A DNA stretch of 63,641 nt, filler included. It is 5 parts of 5 records of this genome, joined end to end, with 100 filler letters (N's around TTAATTAATTAA, not from the genome) between each part and the next. Parts side by side here need not be neighbours in the genome. Positions count along the whole stretch, not along the records: positions 6,856 to 15,582 come from SRR31156797_787; positions 15,683 to 30,587 come from SRR31156797_793; 3 more parts are not named here. The stretch is one strand, 5' to 3'. The notes under the pieces were generated by a model, which worked only from the letters and a program-made list of their open reading frames with translations, was not told the origin of the DNA and did no database searches. Within the stretch, counting starts at the first letter, position 1. Each line of letters opens with the position of its first letter. Below, piece after piece: positions 10,068 to 20,286 of the stretch. The position numbers were made by a program, and so were the translations under genes.

Positions 10068-10846
10068 TATCTGACGCTGAAGCCGTATTTTTCAAATATT
10101 TTTCGGGCTTCCGGAGATTTCAATAGTTTGAAAAAAGCGGGTGCTGACTCGGAAGAATCCCCGGCTAACAATGCAACAGGGTAGATTATCGGCGGGTGGC
10201 AATCCGCCGGGAAAATCCCAACGACCTTAACTTTTTCGGATATGGCCGCATCAGTTGCGTATACAACGCCCAATGGGCATTCACCTCGCTCAACCAAAGA
10301 CAGGGCCGCGCGCACGTCCTTGGTCCGGGCGACAATGCCCGCAGTCTTCTCCCAAATGCCTAAGCTCTCCAGGGCCTGTTTACCGTAGATCCCGGCCGGA
10401 ACGTGATCGGGATCGCCCATGGCCAGCTTTCCGTCTTTCAGTAGGTCGAGCAATGGGAAGGATTTTTCTATTTTTACATCGCTTAACGAACTGGAAGCCG
10501 GAGAGATTAAAACGATTCGGTTCCCCAAAAGATCCAACCGGCTTCCTTTTTTTAGCAGCCCTTTATCTTCAAGGTAATCCATCCATTTTACATTGGCGGA
10601 TATGTAGATATCGGCCGGAGCCCCATTTTCTATCTGCTTGGCCAAGGTTGAAGAAGAAGCAAAAGACGGGACCGCCCGCCCTAAATCCTTCCCATTGAAC
10701 AATTCGCAAATGTCGGTCACGGCATTAGTTGTGGATGCCGCGGCAAAGACCATCACTTTTTTCTTATCATTGGCATATGCGTTTTCCAGATCCCAGATTG
10801 ACATCAAAACTAAAAGCAAACTCAGCGCAATAACGGCCTTTTTCAT
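10067..10846 (-). CDS. modA: Molybdate ABC transporter substrate-binding protein
   Basis: VFAAAS, FASSSTLAKQIENGAPAD, DPDHVPAGIYG, VYATDA. Confidence 0.95.
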   Translation of the reverse strand: MKKAVIALSLLLVLMSIWDLENAYANDKKKVMVFAAASTTNAVTDICELFNGKDLGRAVPSFASSSTLAKQIENGAPADIYISANVKWMDYLEDKGLLKKGSRLDLLGNRIVLISPASSSLSDVKIEKSFPLLDLLKDGKLAMGDPDHVPAGIYGKQALESLGIWEKTAGIVARTKDVRAALSLVERGECPLGVVYATDAAISEKVKVVGIFPADCHPPIIYPVALLAGDSSESAPAFFKLLKSPEARKIFEKYGFSVR

Positions 10847-10902
10847 GATTCCTCCAGTTCCGTTTGGTCAGGTCCACATCTAAAAATCAATAGTCAACTT
10901 GT

Positions 10903-10924
10903 AATATGCTAAAAATAGCATATT
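10903..10924. promoter_or_regulatory. Palindromic operator upstream of modA (ModE-like)
   Basis: aatatgcta-aaaa-tagcatatt, perfect 9-bp arms. Confidence 0.6.
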
Positions 10925-11124
10925 GCTCTTGAGGCCGACTGTCAATAATAAATAAAAAAAAGAAACAAGCGGATGCAAAATGGAAGGAAGAGGGGCGCGC
11001 CTCTATAAGGCTTTTCATAAAAAAAGGGAGTTGCTATAGAAAAACCGGGCGGAATTCAATGTTGCGGATTTACCTCCGCCTATCGATCCCGCCCGTTATT
11101 TATGACTTGATTGTTTTTTTTAAT

Positions 11125-14100
11125 TTACCCGACGCCTCCCCCGGCAAGTTCTAAAATGCGCTGTTCGGATAACTGTTCGGTTTCGATCGCGGAACGGCCG
11201 GACTTTATCCATTCGACGCTTTGTTCCCGCACAAAAACAAATTGGCCGACTGTTTGGTTCGGGATGCGCTCCAGGGCCGTTGATTGTCGTTTCCCCATCA
11301 TCGGTTTTATTTTTTCCAGGGCCGTGTTTTCCTTTACCCGTCCGATAAACCATGATTGAACGTTTTCTTTGCAGCGATAATCAAAGTCGCCCGGAGACTG
11401 GGTGGCCAGGAATATTCCCAGGCCCGCGGACCTGGCCCGTTTGAGCAAGTCTTCCATCGGCCCCTTTGTGGCGGGTTTCCTGGTCGCAGGCAGATAAATG
11501 TCCGCCTCGTCAAACATTATCACCGCTTGAAGCCTGTCGGATGGATTTCTGCTTGTCCATCGATTGAGTTCCAATAACAATTGGGCAATGAAAAAATCCA
11601 TGTCCAGATTGTCGCCGATGAACTTGGTGCTGATTATGGATAGTCGTGTTTTCTCCGGTTCGGCATGATCGCCTTTGCCCAAAAGAAGGTTGGCGCTCAG
11701 TTTGGCGCCCTGGCCGCTGAAAAGGCGTTCGCGGCTCGCCCGCATAACTTCGAGTACCTGGGCCAGGTGATCGAAGTTTTTTTCATCCAGCCGCCCCACC
11801 AGGTTAACCAGCCTGGCGTCCTTTTCCGCTACCAGGTCGATTATTTCCTGAAGCGTCACTTCCTCGGGATCGTTTATCTCCGTCAGTAGAAAAATTGCCT
11901 TTTGAAGAATGGCCCGGGCAGCCTTATCCCGGATGCTGTTTTTCAGACCCATTATATCGGCCAGGGCCGCGCAGGCATAACCCGACAACAGTTCGCGGTC
12001 AAACCGGGGCAACAAATGGCTGCCGTCCGGAACAATCGAAACAGATAGCGTACGTCCGTCCGGATGTCCCGGTGTAAAAAGTTTGACGTCCGCGGATTTA
12101 CGCAACTGCTCTCGGCGTTTTTCCATCTCCTGGTCCGGCGCCGGATCATTCCATGCCACGGGATCCGCGTACCGGGATAAGTCCCCTTTGCGGTCCACAA
12201 GTATGACCGGGATTTTTTGAATAAGCAGTTGCTCTATAATGTTTAAAGCCGCGGTTGTCTTGCCGCTGCCTGTCCCGCCCAAAAATGCCGCGTGCCTTTT
12301 CAGGGCGGATAACTCCACGTTCGCAACGGCGCCTCCGGGGTCCGTCAGGCCGACGCGAAGTTCTCCGTTTTCACCTGTTGTTTCAACTGGTTCCGGTTCG
12401 GGCTCATGGACCTCTGGATCCACATCTTTCAGGCCGGTGTCGGCCTGATCCCGTTTTGCTTCTTCAATTCGAGTGAGGAGTGCGGTTTCAAAATCTTCCT
12501 TGCCGATAATGCGTTGAATGCTGGCGTATCGTGTTAATGGATGAAATTTTTTTCTCCAGAGTTCAAACACGGCGTTTTGCCGATGCAGCCCGGCAAACTC
12601 GGTGTAAACCGCCATGGCCTTTATTTCCGTATCCTCAACTACTGCTCGCCTGTTCCCCCTGGCTATGAAGTCTCCTATGTATACGGCTGTTTGGGAATGG
12701 GGATTTCGTGGGAATTCAGTAGTTCTGACAACGACAGCTTTTCCGCCCTTGGCCTGATCTTCGAACTTTTGAATCTGATTTTGCAAGTGGCCGAAATGCG
12801 GCCTTTTGTTGCACACGCCAATGGACAAGGATTCCGGCCCGCCGTTAACTTCAATAAAGCTGCCGATGCAGGCTGCTTCAATGGAATTTGATATCCCTGT
12901 TTCCTCATAGCACCGCGGCAATACCGATGTCAGGAGCCGGGCCAGGTCATTTTCACTCTCAAGCGTCGGCGCCTTCCGCTCATCCATAAATCTAATCCAG
13001 CCGGCTTCAAAAGCTTCGAGGTTTTCAACCTCTTCTTTTATGGCTTCGTCGGCGCCCATGTCCAAACTGTTTGGAAGAATCTGGCTTCTTCTTGCTTCAT
13101 CCTGAAATCGCTTGCAGGCGTTTAAAATATGCCGGGCTTTAAAATTGATATACCTGGCAAGCTCCGGCCCGGGTATGGGATAGGTCCGGTCGTTCTCGAT
13201 ACATTCAATTCCCGCGTTTTCAAACAAAAATTCCAGCCTTTTACCCACAAGACTCGTAATTTCCTGCTCGGTTCCCAAACTCCCGTGAATGACCACCGGG
13301 CTGGGAGGCGTCTGTATTTTGGCTTCAAGCGATGCCGTAAGCAGCTTGCGTATTTCGGTCCAGAAATCTTCCAGGCAACTGATGATGATAAGGCTGGAGG
13401 GTATGGCCGCGGAAAGATCAACAAGGGCGGATAATGCCGAAACGATCCGCTGTTCCTTGTTTTCCAGATAAAGAAGCCCTTCCAACTGGTCAACAGCCAG
13501 AACGAGCACCTCTTCCCGGGCGGCCCACATGATCTTCGCCAGTTCCCGCAGAATCTGCAGGGCGTCAAGGCCCAATGCCGGAGGCAGCAGCTGGACTTCT
13601 TCCTGCTGAAAAGCCGATAAAGGTTCGCCCCTCAGATAATGTAATACAATGTGTTTGATTTTAGGATCCTGCGTTTGAAGGTATAGTAAGGCCGCGGCAA
13701 CGTTTGGATTTATATCCGCGAATCTTTTATCGCTGCTCACAGCCTTGGCGGCCATGCTGACAAGCTTGGCCAGGAGTTTTGAATTCAACAGCCCTCCCCA
13801 ATTTCGCAAGGCTTCTCCGATGCGGGCCCGTTTGGCGCCGCTGGATACATACCACCGACGCATTCCGGCAGGAATTTCGGCCAGTGAATTGGAAAGGCGC
13901 ATTAAACCCGTAAATTCATCCGGTTGACAATAAGGTTGATTCATTGAATCCAGAAAATGGGATAAAATATACCTGCCGTAATCGGGCGCCGGCGAAGTCA
14001 TCTGAAGGTACCCGAAATAGCCTATGTTTTCGTTATGGGTGAAGTTGCGGAAATACCTTAAAAGATGGGTTTTTCCGGCCCCGGATTCTCCCTTGACCAG

Positions 14101-14292
14101 GAGGATTCGTCCCGGTGAAGGTATGTTCCTGGCCTGGAATATAAGTTGACGGAAAACCTCTCGCGCCGGCTGATGAATCATTTCCACATCAAATGGGTCG
14201 TCCCGCCATATTTCAGCAGCGCCGACTGTAGAATAAAACACCTCGGGCGCCTTGGGATGAACAAAAATTTGAAATCTTGGATCCTCGGTCAT
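11125..14292 (-). CDS. Double ATPase: N-terminal AAA-type domain plus C-terminal HerA/FtsK-like (DUF87/DUF853) domain
   Basis: GESGAGKT...VLAVDQLE; RHAAFLGGTGSGKT...VDRKGD...FDEAD...RARSAGLG..LATQSPGD; start 14292 gives an ATGA overlap with the upstream gene. Confidence 0.8.
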   Translation of the reverse strand: MTEDPRFQIFVHPKAPEVFYSTVGAAEIWRDDPFDVEMIHQPAREVFRQLIFQARNIPSPGRILLVKGESGAGKTHLLRYFRNFTHNENIGYFGYLQMTSPAPDYGRYILSHFLDSMNQPYCQPDEFTGLMRLSNSLAEIPAGMRRWYVSSGAKRARIGEALRNWGGLLNSKLLAKLVSMAAKAVSSDKRFADINPNVAAALLYLQTQDPKIKHIVLHYLRGEPLSAFQQEEVQLLPPALGLDALQILRELAKIMWAAREEVLVLAVDQLEGLLYLENKEQRIVSALSALVDLSAAIPSSLIIISCLEDFWTEIRKLLTASLEAKIQTPPSPVVIHGSLGTEQEITSLVGKRLEFLFENAGIECIENDRTYPIPGPELARYINFKARHILNACKRFQDEARRSQILPNSLDMGADEAIKEEVENLEAFEAGWIRFMDERKAPTLESENDLARLLTSVLPRCYEETGISNSIEAACIGSFIEVNGGPESLSIGVCNKRPHFGHLQNQIQKFEDQAKGGKAVVVRTTEFPRNPHSQTAVYIGDFIARGNRRAVVEDTEIKAMAVYTEFAGLHRQNAVFELWRKKFHPLTRYASIQRIIGKEDFETALLTRIEEAKRDQADTGLKDVDPEVHEPEPEPVETTGENGELRVGLTDPGGAVANVELSALKRHAAFLGGTGSGKTTAALNIIEQLLIQKIPVILVDRKGDLSRYADPVAWNDPAPDQEMEKRREQLRKSADVKLFTPGHPDGRTLSVSIVPDGSHLLPRFDRELLSGYACAALADIMGLKNSIRDKAARAILQKAIFLLTEINDPEEVTLQEIIDLVAEKDARLVNLVGRLDEKNFDHLAQVLEVMRASRERLFSGQGAKLSANLLLGKGDHAEPEKTRLSIISTKFIGDNLDMDFFIAQLLLELNRWTSRNPSDRLQAVIMFDEADIYLPATRKPATKGPMEDLLKRARSAGLGIFLATQSPGDFDYRCKENVQSWFIGRVKENTALEKIKPMMGKRQSTALERIPNQTVGQFVFVREQSVEWIKSGRSAIETEQLSEQRILELAGGGVG

Positions 14293-15329
14293 GGCTGGCT
14301 CCAATCAGTCCGAATGAAGTGGTAGGTTATATTAAGATATTCAATTGCGGATTCTGCAATATCTTTGGGATTCATTCGTTCCGGCAGGTCGGCCTGGGCG
14401 AGCACTAAAAGATTTTTTCGATTGGCCTCAATTAGATTTTGCTTAAATTGATGCTCGGTCATTCCTCCCGCCTGGCGCCGTGTTTGAAATCTTCGCCAGA
14501 CGTGGTTTATAAAAACCTTGCTGTCGCCGTAACGGCCGGTCGGCGAATTTTGGGCCGTCTCTAACACCGATTGCGCAAAAATATCCAAATCGAAATTTTC
14601 ACTTTCCAAACTTCTATTGGCTTCCCGTGTTCCTTTCAGTTGCAATGAAGCAGCTTCCCCGCTTTCCAGTAAACGCTCCAGCAAGGTCTGCCTTATGCCC
14701 GGGCCGCCCGGATTCCGGGCTCCGATCCATATGGCCGCCAATTGCTTGTATGCCGCCTCTTCGTTTAATTCCCTACTGGAAGACGTTTGCCGGTTAAACA
14801 ATAGTTTTCGGACAGCTCCCGCGCTGAACGGTTTATCCGAGTCAACTCCCAATACCTGCCAGGCCAAGGCGTTTTTAACCTGGGTTTCAGTGGGTAAGTC
14901 TTTGATTTTCAAATTACGATTTATTTTTACGGCCTGGGCGCGCAGCCGGGCCGTGTCTATTTTTCTTAAATCCTGGCTGGAATTAATTGAAACGCCCAAA
15001 GCCAGGGCCGGTAAATACTTTTCCTTCAAGGTTCGCCACGTAACAGATGCAGGATAATAGCTCCCGGTCAAATATGTCTTCACATGGTCAATTCCCTTGT
15101 CCGTGATGCCGTATACATTCTGCTTGTTCTTTAACTCGACTAGGCCTTCAGCGGCTAATGCTTCCAACAACTCCAAAATTATTTCAGACCAGCCGCCCAC
15201 AGGCATTTTATCCCTGGTAATGGTCAGCAAATCGCCGGCAATTGTTTTTAAAGGCGCCCCTTTATTTTTGGCCGGCCAAAGACGAACCAGAATCAGGTTT
15301 TTCACCGGCGCCATGTTTATATTATTCAT
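14289..15329 (-). CDS. Hypothetical protein with N-terminal winged-helix-like region
   Basis: LEALAAEGLVE...YGITDKG wing-like motif; GGAGGG RBS before ATG 15329. Confidence 0.65.
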   Translation of the reverse strand: MNNINMAPVKNLILVRLWPAKNKGAPLKTIAGDLLTITRDKMPVGGWSEIILELLEALAAEGLVELKNKQNVYGITDKGIDHVKTYLTGSYYPASVTWRTLKEKYLPALALGVSINSSQDLRKIDTARLRAQAVKINRNLKIKDLPTETQVKNALAWQVLGVDSDKPFSAGAVRKLLFNRQTSSSRELNEEAAYKQLAAIWIGARNPGGPGIRQTLLERLLESGEAASLQLKGTREANRSLESENFDLDIFAQSVLETAQNSPTGRYGDSKVFINHVWRRFQTRRQAGGMTEHQFKQNLIEANRKNLLVLAQADLPERMNPKDIAESAIEYLNITYHFIRTDWSQP

Positions 15330-15582
15330 TTTGCCCTCCATCATTACCCATGTAATTTAGGCGCAACCGGACCGCCTCTTTCAAGCGGCCGATAATTCTT
15401 TCCAGGTCCCAAACAACGTCGTCGGCATGAAACCGTAAAACAAAATGACCGTGCTTTTGAAGCAGGTAGTCCTTGGTTCGATCGCGCCGGTAATCTTCTT
15501 TTGACCGAAAATGATAATAACCGTCGATTTCCACAACCAACTTTAATGTTTTTGAAAACAGGTCTACTTCCATTGACCGGTT
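15322..15582 (-). CDS. DUF559/Vsr-like endonuclease domain protein, 5'-truncated by the contig end
   Basis: EVDL....KLVVEIDGYYH....YRRDRTKDYLLQKHGHFVLRF. Confidence 0.85.
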   Translation of the reverse strand, partial: NRSMEVDLFSKTLKLVVEIDGYYHFRSKEDYRRDRTKDYLLQKHGHFVLRFHADDVVWDLERIIGRLKEAVRLRLNYMGNDGGQNE

Positions 15583-15682
15583 NNNNNNNNNNNNNNNNNN
15601 NNNNNNNNNNNNNNNNNNNNNNNNNNTTAATTAATTAANNNNNNNNNNNNNNNNNNNNNNNNNNNNNNNNNNNNNNNNNNNN
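15583..15682. other. Artificial contig spacer
   Basis: N44-TTAATTAATTAA-N44. Confidence 0.98.
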
Positions 15683-15775
15683 GTCAAGGGTCCAGTCAAG
15701 GGTCCAGTCAAGAGTCCGGTCGGTGAGTATAACGACGTTTTTTCTTTCAAGATCAGGAAAATCCTGTCATCATAA

Positions 15776-18205
15776 GTGCATATGACTTCCAACGGAATGG
15801 ATAAGATTGCTGCCCTGAGGCAGGAGATTTCGAATCTCGAGAAGAGCTTATCGGAAAAGAAGAGAGAACTCTCCGGTCTTCTGGCCGAGGCCGGATCCGT
15901 AAGTCCGGTTTATCACAGAGGCGTCAACAGGCGCTCATCTCCGGAAGAGAAGATCGGGCTCTTCCGCTCTCTCTTCATCGGTCGAGACGATGTGTATGCC
16001 AGGCGTTTCGAATCCAGAGTCTCGGGGCAGTCGGGTTACCAGCCGGCCTGTCGGAATGAGTGGAAGGAAGGCGTCTGTGAGAAGCCGAAGGTAAAGTGCG
16101 CCTCCTGTCCCCACAGAGAGTTTCTGCCCCTCAGCGATGAAGTCATCTCCTTCCATCTCAAAGGGGAGGAGCCGCCGGTGAAGAGTTGGCGGCAACCGAA
16201 GCCTTTTGTCATGGGGATTTATCCCTTACTGCCGGATGAGAGTTGCCGCTTTCTGGCCGTTGACTTCGATAAGGAGAACTGGCAGCAGGATGTGTCGGCT
16301 TTTCTGGAGACCTGCGATGAGGAAGGTATTCCGGCGAGCCTCGAAAGGTCCCGTTCCGGCAACGGCGGTCATATATGGATCTTCTTCAGCGAGGCCGTTC
16401 CCGCGCATCAGGCGAGGAACCTGGGCTCCCTGCTACTTACAAAGTCCCTGGACCGCAGACCGGAAATAGGTCTGGATTCATTCGACCGATTCTTTCCCAA
16501 TCAGGACACAATGCCCAGGGGCGGTTTCGGAAACCTGATAGCTCTCCCTCTGCAGAAAAAGGTCAGGGACGAGAATTCAGTATTTATCGACAGGGATTTC
16601 CAGCCCTTTGAGGACCAGTGGGATTATCTGTCGTCCATCCGGACGATGAGCAGGAAGGATCTTGATATTTACATCGCAAGGGCGATGGGTAACCGAAACC
16701 CTTTCCATCCCGTATCCCATGATAAGGAGAATGGCACTCTCCCTTGGGAGAAAACTCCCAAGATGGATCTCCCTGTCATTGATACCCCTCTTCCCTCATC
16801 CATTGAGATCGTTCTCTCCAACCAGATCTTTCTGGATTCAACGGGACTACCTCCCGTTCTCAGGAACAGAATCCTGAGGCTGGCGTCCTTTCTAAATCCC
16901 GAATTCTATCAGGCCCAGGCCATGAGACTGCCGACCTGGAATAAGCCGAGGATACTCTACTGTTACGAGCAGAACGGTTCCTATATCGCCCTGCCTATCG
17001 GATGCCTCGATGACCTTAAAAAACTGCTGAAGCATTATGATATAAAACCTCAGATAGAAGATAAGCGGATCAAGGGGACGGAGATTTCCTATGAGTTCCA
17101 GGGAAAGTTAACAGAGGAACAAATGAAGGCGGCTAATATACTCTCCAGATACAACACGGGAGTGCTCTCTGCAACCACCGCCTTCGGCAAGACCGTTCTG
17201 GCCCTATGGCTTATCGCTCAGCGAGGCGTAAACACTCTGGTTCTCGTCCACCGGAAGCAGCTGATGGAACAGTGGGCCACAAGGGCTCAGCAGTTTCTGA
17301 ATATCCCAAAGAAGGAGATAGGACTTTTCGGGGGCGGACGAAAAAAACGTACGGGCATATTGGATATTGCGGTCATCCAAAGCGTCAGCCGGAAGGGCGA
17401 GGTGGTCGAATGGCTGGATGAGTACGGCCAGATCATCGTCGACGAATGCCATCATATCTCCGCCTTCTCCTTCGAGCAGGCGATCCGGCAGAGTCCGGCC
17501 TACTACAAGTTAGGACTCTCTGCCACACTGACACGCAAGGACGGCCAGCATCCCATCATCTTTATGAATCTGGGAGAGGTCCGGTATTCGGTCAGTGCCA
17601 GGAAGCAAGCAGCCGCCAGATCCTTCAGCCATAAGGTGATCCCCAGAGAAACTGCATTCAATATTGATTTCGCCGAGACCGCATCGGATCGGATTCAGGA
17701 TCTGTTTCGAATTCTGGCAGGCGACGAAAGCCGGAATGATTTTATTCTTTCAGATATCAACAGGGCGATTCAATCGCAGCGAAAGATACTGGTCATCACG
17801 GAGAGAAAGGAGCATCTGGAACAACTGGCGAAGAAGTTGGAAGCGTTGGCTGAGAATCTCTTTATCCTCCAGGGCGGTATGGGGAAGAAACAGATCAAGG
17901 CGGTGATGGAAGGCATCGCCCAGGTCACGGATGATCAGAGCATCGTGATCCTGGCAACCGGCCGCTACCTCGGGGAGGGATTCGATCTCCCCTTCCTGGA
18001 TACCCTGTTCCTTACCTTTCCCGTTTCCTGGAAGGGAACTCTGACCCAGTATGCCGGACGGCTTCACAGGGAATATCATGGAAAGGAAGAGGTTACCATC
18101 TACGATTACGTCGACCCGAATGTTCCCGTTCTGAGCAGGATGTTCCAGAAGCGCGTGAAGGGATACCGCTCCCTGGGTTACACGTTTGATGCTCCAGTGA
18201 AATGA
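15776..18205 (+). CDS. AEP primase-like (TOTE-type) domain fused to an SF2 DEAD/DEAH (ResIII-like) helicase
   Basis: LF.GR.DVYARR, FLAVDFD, ERSRSGNGGHIWIFF, DRFFPNQD..P.GGFGNLIALPLQ; ATTAFGKT, DECHH, LSAT, QYAGRLHR. Confidence 0.85.
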   Translation: MHMTSNGMDKIAALRQEISNLEKSLSEKKRELSGLLAEAGSVSPVYHRGVNRRSSPEEKIGLFRSLFIGRDDVYARRFESRVSGQSGYQPACRNEWKEGVCEKPKVKCASCPHREFLPLSDEVISFHLKGEEPPVKSWRQPKPFVMGIYPLLPDESCRFLAVDFDKENWQQDVSAFLETCDEEGIPASLERSRSGNGGHIWIFFSEAVPAHQARNLGSLLLTKSLDRRPEIGLDSFDRFFPNQDTMPRGGFGNLIALPLQKKVRDENSVFIDRDFQPFEDQWDYLSSIRTMSRKDLDIYIARAMGNRNPFHPVSHDKENGTLPWEKTPKMDLPVIDTPLPSSIEIVLSNQIFLDSTGLPPVLRNRILRLASFLNPEFYQAQAMRLPTWNKPRILYCYEQNGSYIALPIGCLDDLKKLLKHYDIKPQIEDKRIKGTEISYEFQGKLTEEQMKAANILSRYNTGVLSATTAFGKTVLALWLIAQRGVNTLVLVHRKQLMEQWATRAQQFLNIPKKEIGLFGGGRKKRTGILDIAVIQSVSRKGEVVEWLDEYGQIIVDECHHISAFSFEQAIRQSPAYYKLGLSATLTRKDGQHPIIFMNLGEVRYSVSARKQAAARSFSHKVIPRETAFNIDFAETASDRIQDLFRILAGDESRNDFILSDINRAIQSQRKILVITERKEHLEQLAKKLEALAENLFILQGGMGKKQIKAVMEGIAQVTDDQSIVILATGRYLGEGFDLPFLDTLFLTFPVSWKGTLTQYAGRLHREYHGKEEVTIYDYVDPNVPVLSRMFQKRVKGYRSLGYTFDAPVK

Positions 18206-18446
18206 AAATCCGCAGTAGTCCAACTTGATGAAATCTGGTCAGTACTGAAACACGAAATCCCTCCTTTTTCCAACGGCAATAATCTCGGGTATCAGAAAAG
18301 AGAGAACCCATAAAGGCCGGGCCCCTTCAGGGTGCCTCCGGCAGCCTTTACGGAACCTCTCTGTTCTGATTGTGGTGGGGCAAGCCGTTGGCAAAAGGCG
18401 GAAGTTCTTTCGCCGGGAATTGATGATATTTCGGAGGGTAGTTTTC

Positions 18447-18692
18447 ATGAAGAAGAATCATAGGGCGGTGTATACCCCGCAGATGAAAGAAGAGTCGATT
18501 TTCCTGTTACGTCGTGTCGCTTGGGCAGCAGAGCAGCCAATGACGCTCACCCTGGATGACTGTGTCTTGTCCTTAACGGAGCAGCTCGATAGAGATCATC
18601 TCTGTCAGAGCTGCAAGGACAGGCGCTGTAATGAGTGTCCCATGGCGGCGGATCGTTTTCCTGAGTCGTCGATAAGCGAATTGTTAAAGTAA
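18447..18692 (+). CDS. Small hypothetical protein with C-terminal Cys cluster
   Basis: GGAGGG RBS; CQSCKDRRCNEC. Confidence 0.55.
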   Translation: MKKNHRAVYTPQMKEESIFLLRRVAWAAEQPMTLTLDDCVLSLTEQLDRDHLCQSCKDRRCNECPMAADRFPESSISELLK

Positions 18693-18713
18693 GCCGTAAG
18701 CTATCAAGCTTAG

Positions 18714-18756
18714 AATAACGGGAGGTTCTACTATGAGGATCTCCCGTTATTTTTCT
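18714..18756 (+). terminator. Intrinsic terminator
   Basis: aataacgggag...ctcccgttatt followed by a T run. Confidence 0.7.
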
Positions 18757-18897
18757 TTACAGAGTTATTGATCTTTACCTCCTTCCGATGGATTTTTGAT
18801 AACAAGTTTTCAATAATTCTCTGCCACTATCCAAACGGTACAGGGATTTTTACTCGAATGGGGGTAGGGTTTACCCTACCCCTGAACCTTGCTGAGG

Positions 18898-20076
18898 CTA
18901 ACCGACCTTCGGAAAGGGCAGTATTTTCGTCTGAATCTTGCTGACATCGGAGAAGTCGCTGTGCTTGAAATGGGTGTAGTTATCGGTCATCTTATCCGAC
19001 TTGTGTCCGGTCAGTTTCTGGAGCTTGCTGTCGGCTATGTTGTTACTCCGCATCATGGTGTTGAAATAGTGACGCCAGCTGTGGAAGGAGTAGCCTTTCT
19101 CCTTCCTGGTTTTCTCATCGATGTCCAGTTTCCGGAGCGCCCGATCCAGGGACTTGCCCATGCTCCAGTGGGTCACGGGTTTCTTCTTGTCCTTTCCCAG
19201 GCAGAAGAGCATATCCTCGGGGTCTCCGTTGGAGAGCTTCCTGAGCATCGCTTCCAGGGATTCAGGTATGGGGATCTCCCGGTTCTCCTTGGTCTTTGTG
19301 GGAGTGAAGCCCTGTTTGTAGATGTACTGTTTCGTAACGGCGATATACCCGCCCTTCAGATCCTTGAGCTGTACACCGATGACCTCGCTCATCCTCATGC
19401 CTGTGCTGGCCGCCAGAAGGTTCCCCAGGTAATAGACCCTGTTTTCCCAAATCGTCAGCATCGTAGAATAGTCGAACAGCTTATTGACCGTCTCCTGATC
19501 AAAGACGCCCCTGACCTTGGATTTGTTCCGGAGATAGGGAACCTTCAGGGTCACATCCTCGGACAAGAGGTTCCGCCGTACCGCCTCGCTCAGCATGATG
19601 TGAAGGGTCTTCAAACAGCCGTTGATAGTCTTGTTGGCAAGGGGCCGTCCGGTCTTTTTACTGGTTATGGCCTGGAGTTTTCCGACCCAGTTTTCCACAT
19701 CGTAACGGGTTATGTCCTTCAGACGCATGCCGCCGAACCGAGGAAGTATATAGTTGTTGAGATGATGTATCTGGCTTCTCAGATAGTTCTGGGTGATGGA
19801 ACCGCTGCGTCTTCGATACCGGACGTATTCGCATTTTTCATCATCCCACCAGTTAACCGAATAATCAGAAAATAACATCCTTCCCGCTCTATTGGGGATC
19901 AGATCGTCGGCTTTATCCAGCTTCCGGCAGAAGGCGCGGGCGGCGGATTTCGTCGTTTGCCCGGTTGATAAGGCAGTGGTTCTCCGGCCTGATTCGTCGT
20001 AAGTCTGGTAATACCAGACGACTCTGCCGGTTCTCATTTTTCTCGGGAATACCGTGAAAGGCTCTCTGTATCTCAT
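18898..20076 (-). CDS. Tyrosine recombinase / phage-type integrase
   Basis: GMRMSE (R), TKTK (K), HSWRH, GHKS, NYTH (Y); N-terminal arm and SAM-like region. Confidence 0.92.
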   Translation of the reverse strand: MRYREPFTVFPRKMRTGRVVWYYQTYDESGRRTTALSTGQTTKSAARAFCRKLDKADDLIPNRAGRMLFSDYSVNWWDDEKCEYVRYRRRSGSITQNYLRSQIHHLNNYILPRFGGMRLKDITRYDVENWVGKLQAITSKKTGRPLANKTINGCLKTLHIMLSEAVRRNLLSEDVTLKVPYLRNKSKVRGVFDQETVNKLFDYSTMLTIWENRVYYLGNLLAASTGMRMSEVIGVQLKDLKGGYIAVTKQYIYKQGFTPTKTKENREIPIPESLEAMLRKLSNGDPEDMLFCLGKDKKKPVTHWSMGKSLDRALRKLDIDEKTRKEKGYSFHSWRHYFNTMMRSNNIADSKLQKLTGHKSDKMTDNYTHFKHSDFSDVSKIQTKILPFPKVG

Positions 20077-20286
20077 ATTCTCCACTCCATTGGATGCGCT
20101 CACACAAGTGCTGACACACCCTGATCGAAACGATGCAGAGAATATTTTATATTTCCTAACCTGTTATCCTGTATACAATAACACAAACACGATTTGTAAT
20201 CAATGATTATCTCTTATTACAAGGATGCCGGATTAGGGCTTGAGGAGGGCGCGCAGTGAATCGGTCTGAGACCGATGAGGGAAGCG

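Noticed and set aside
15683-15721. 12-bp tandem repeat gtcaagggtcca (about 3 copies)
   Set aside because: At the contig edge with no context for interpretation
20189-20206. gatttgtaatcaat resembling a tRNA-Thr(TGT) anticodon arm
   Set aside because: Too short, with no other tRNA arms; no complete tRNA or rRNA was seen in the window
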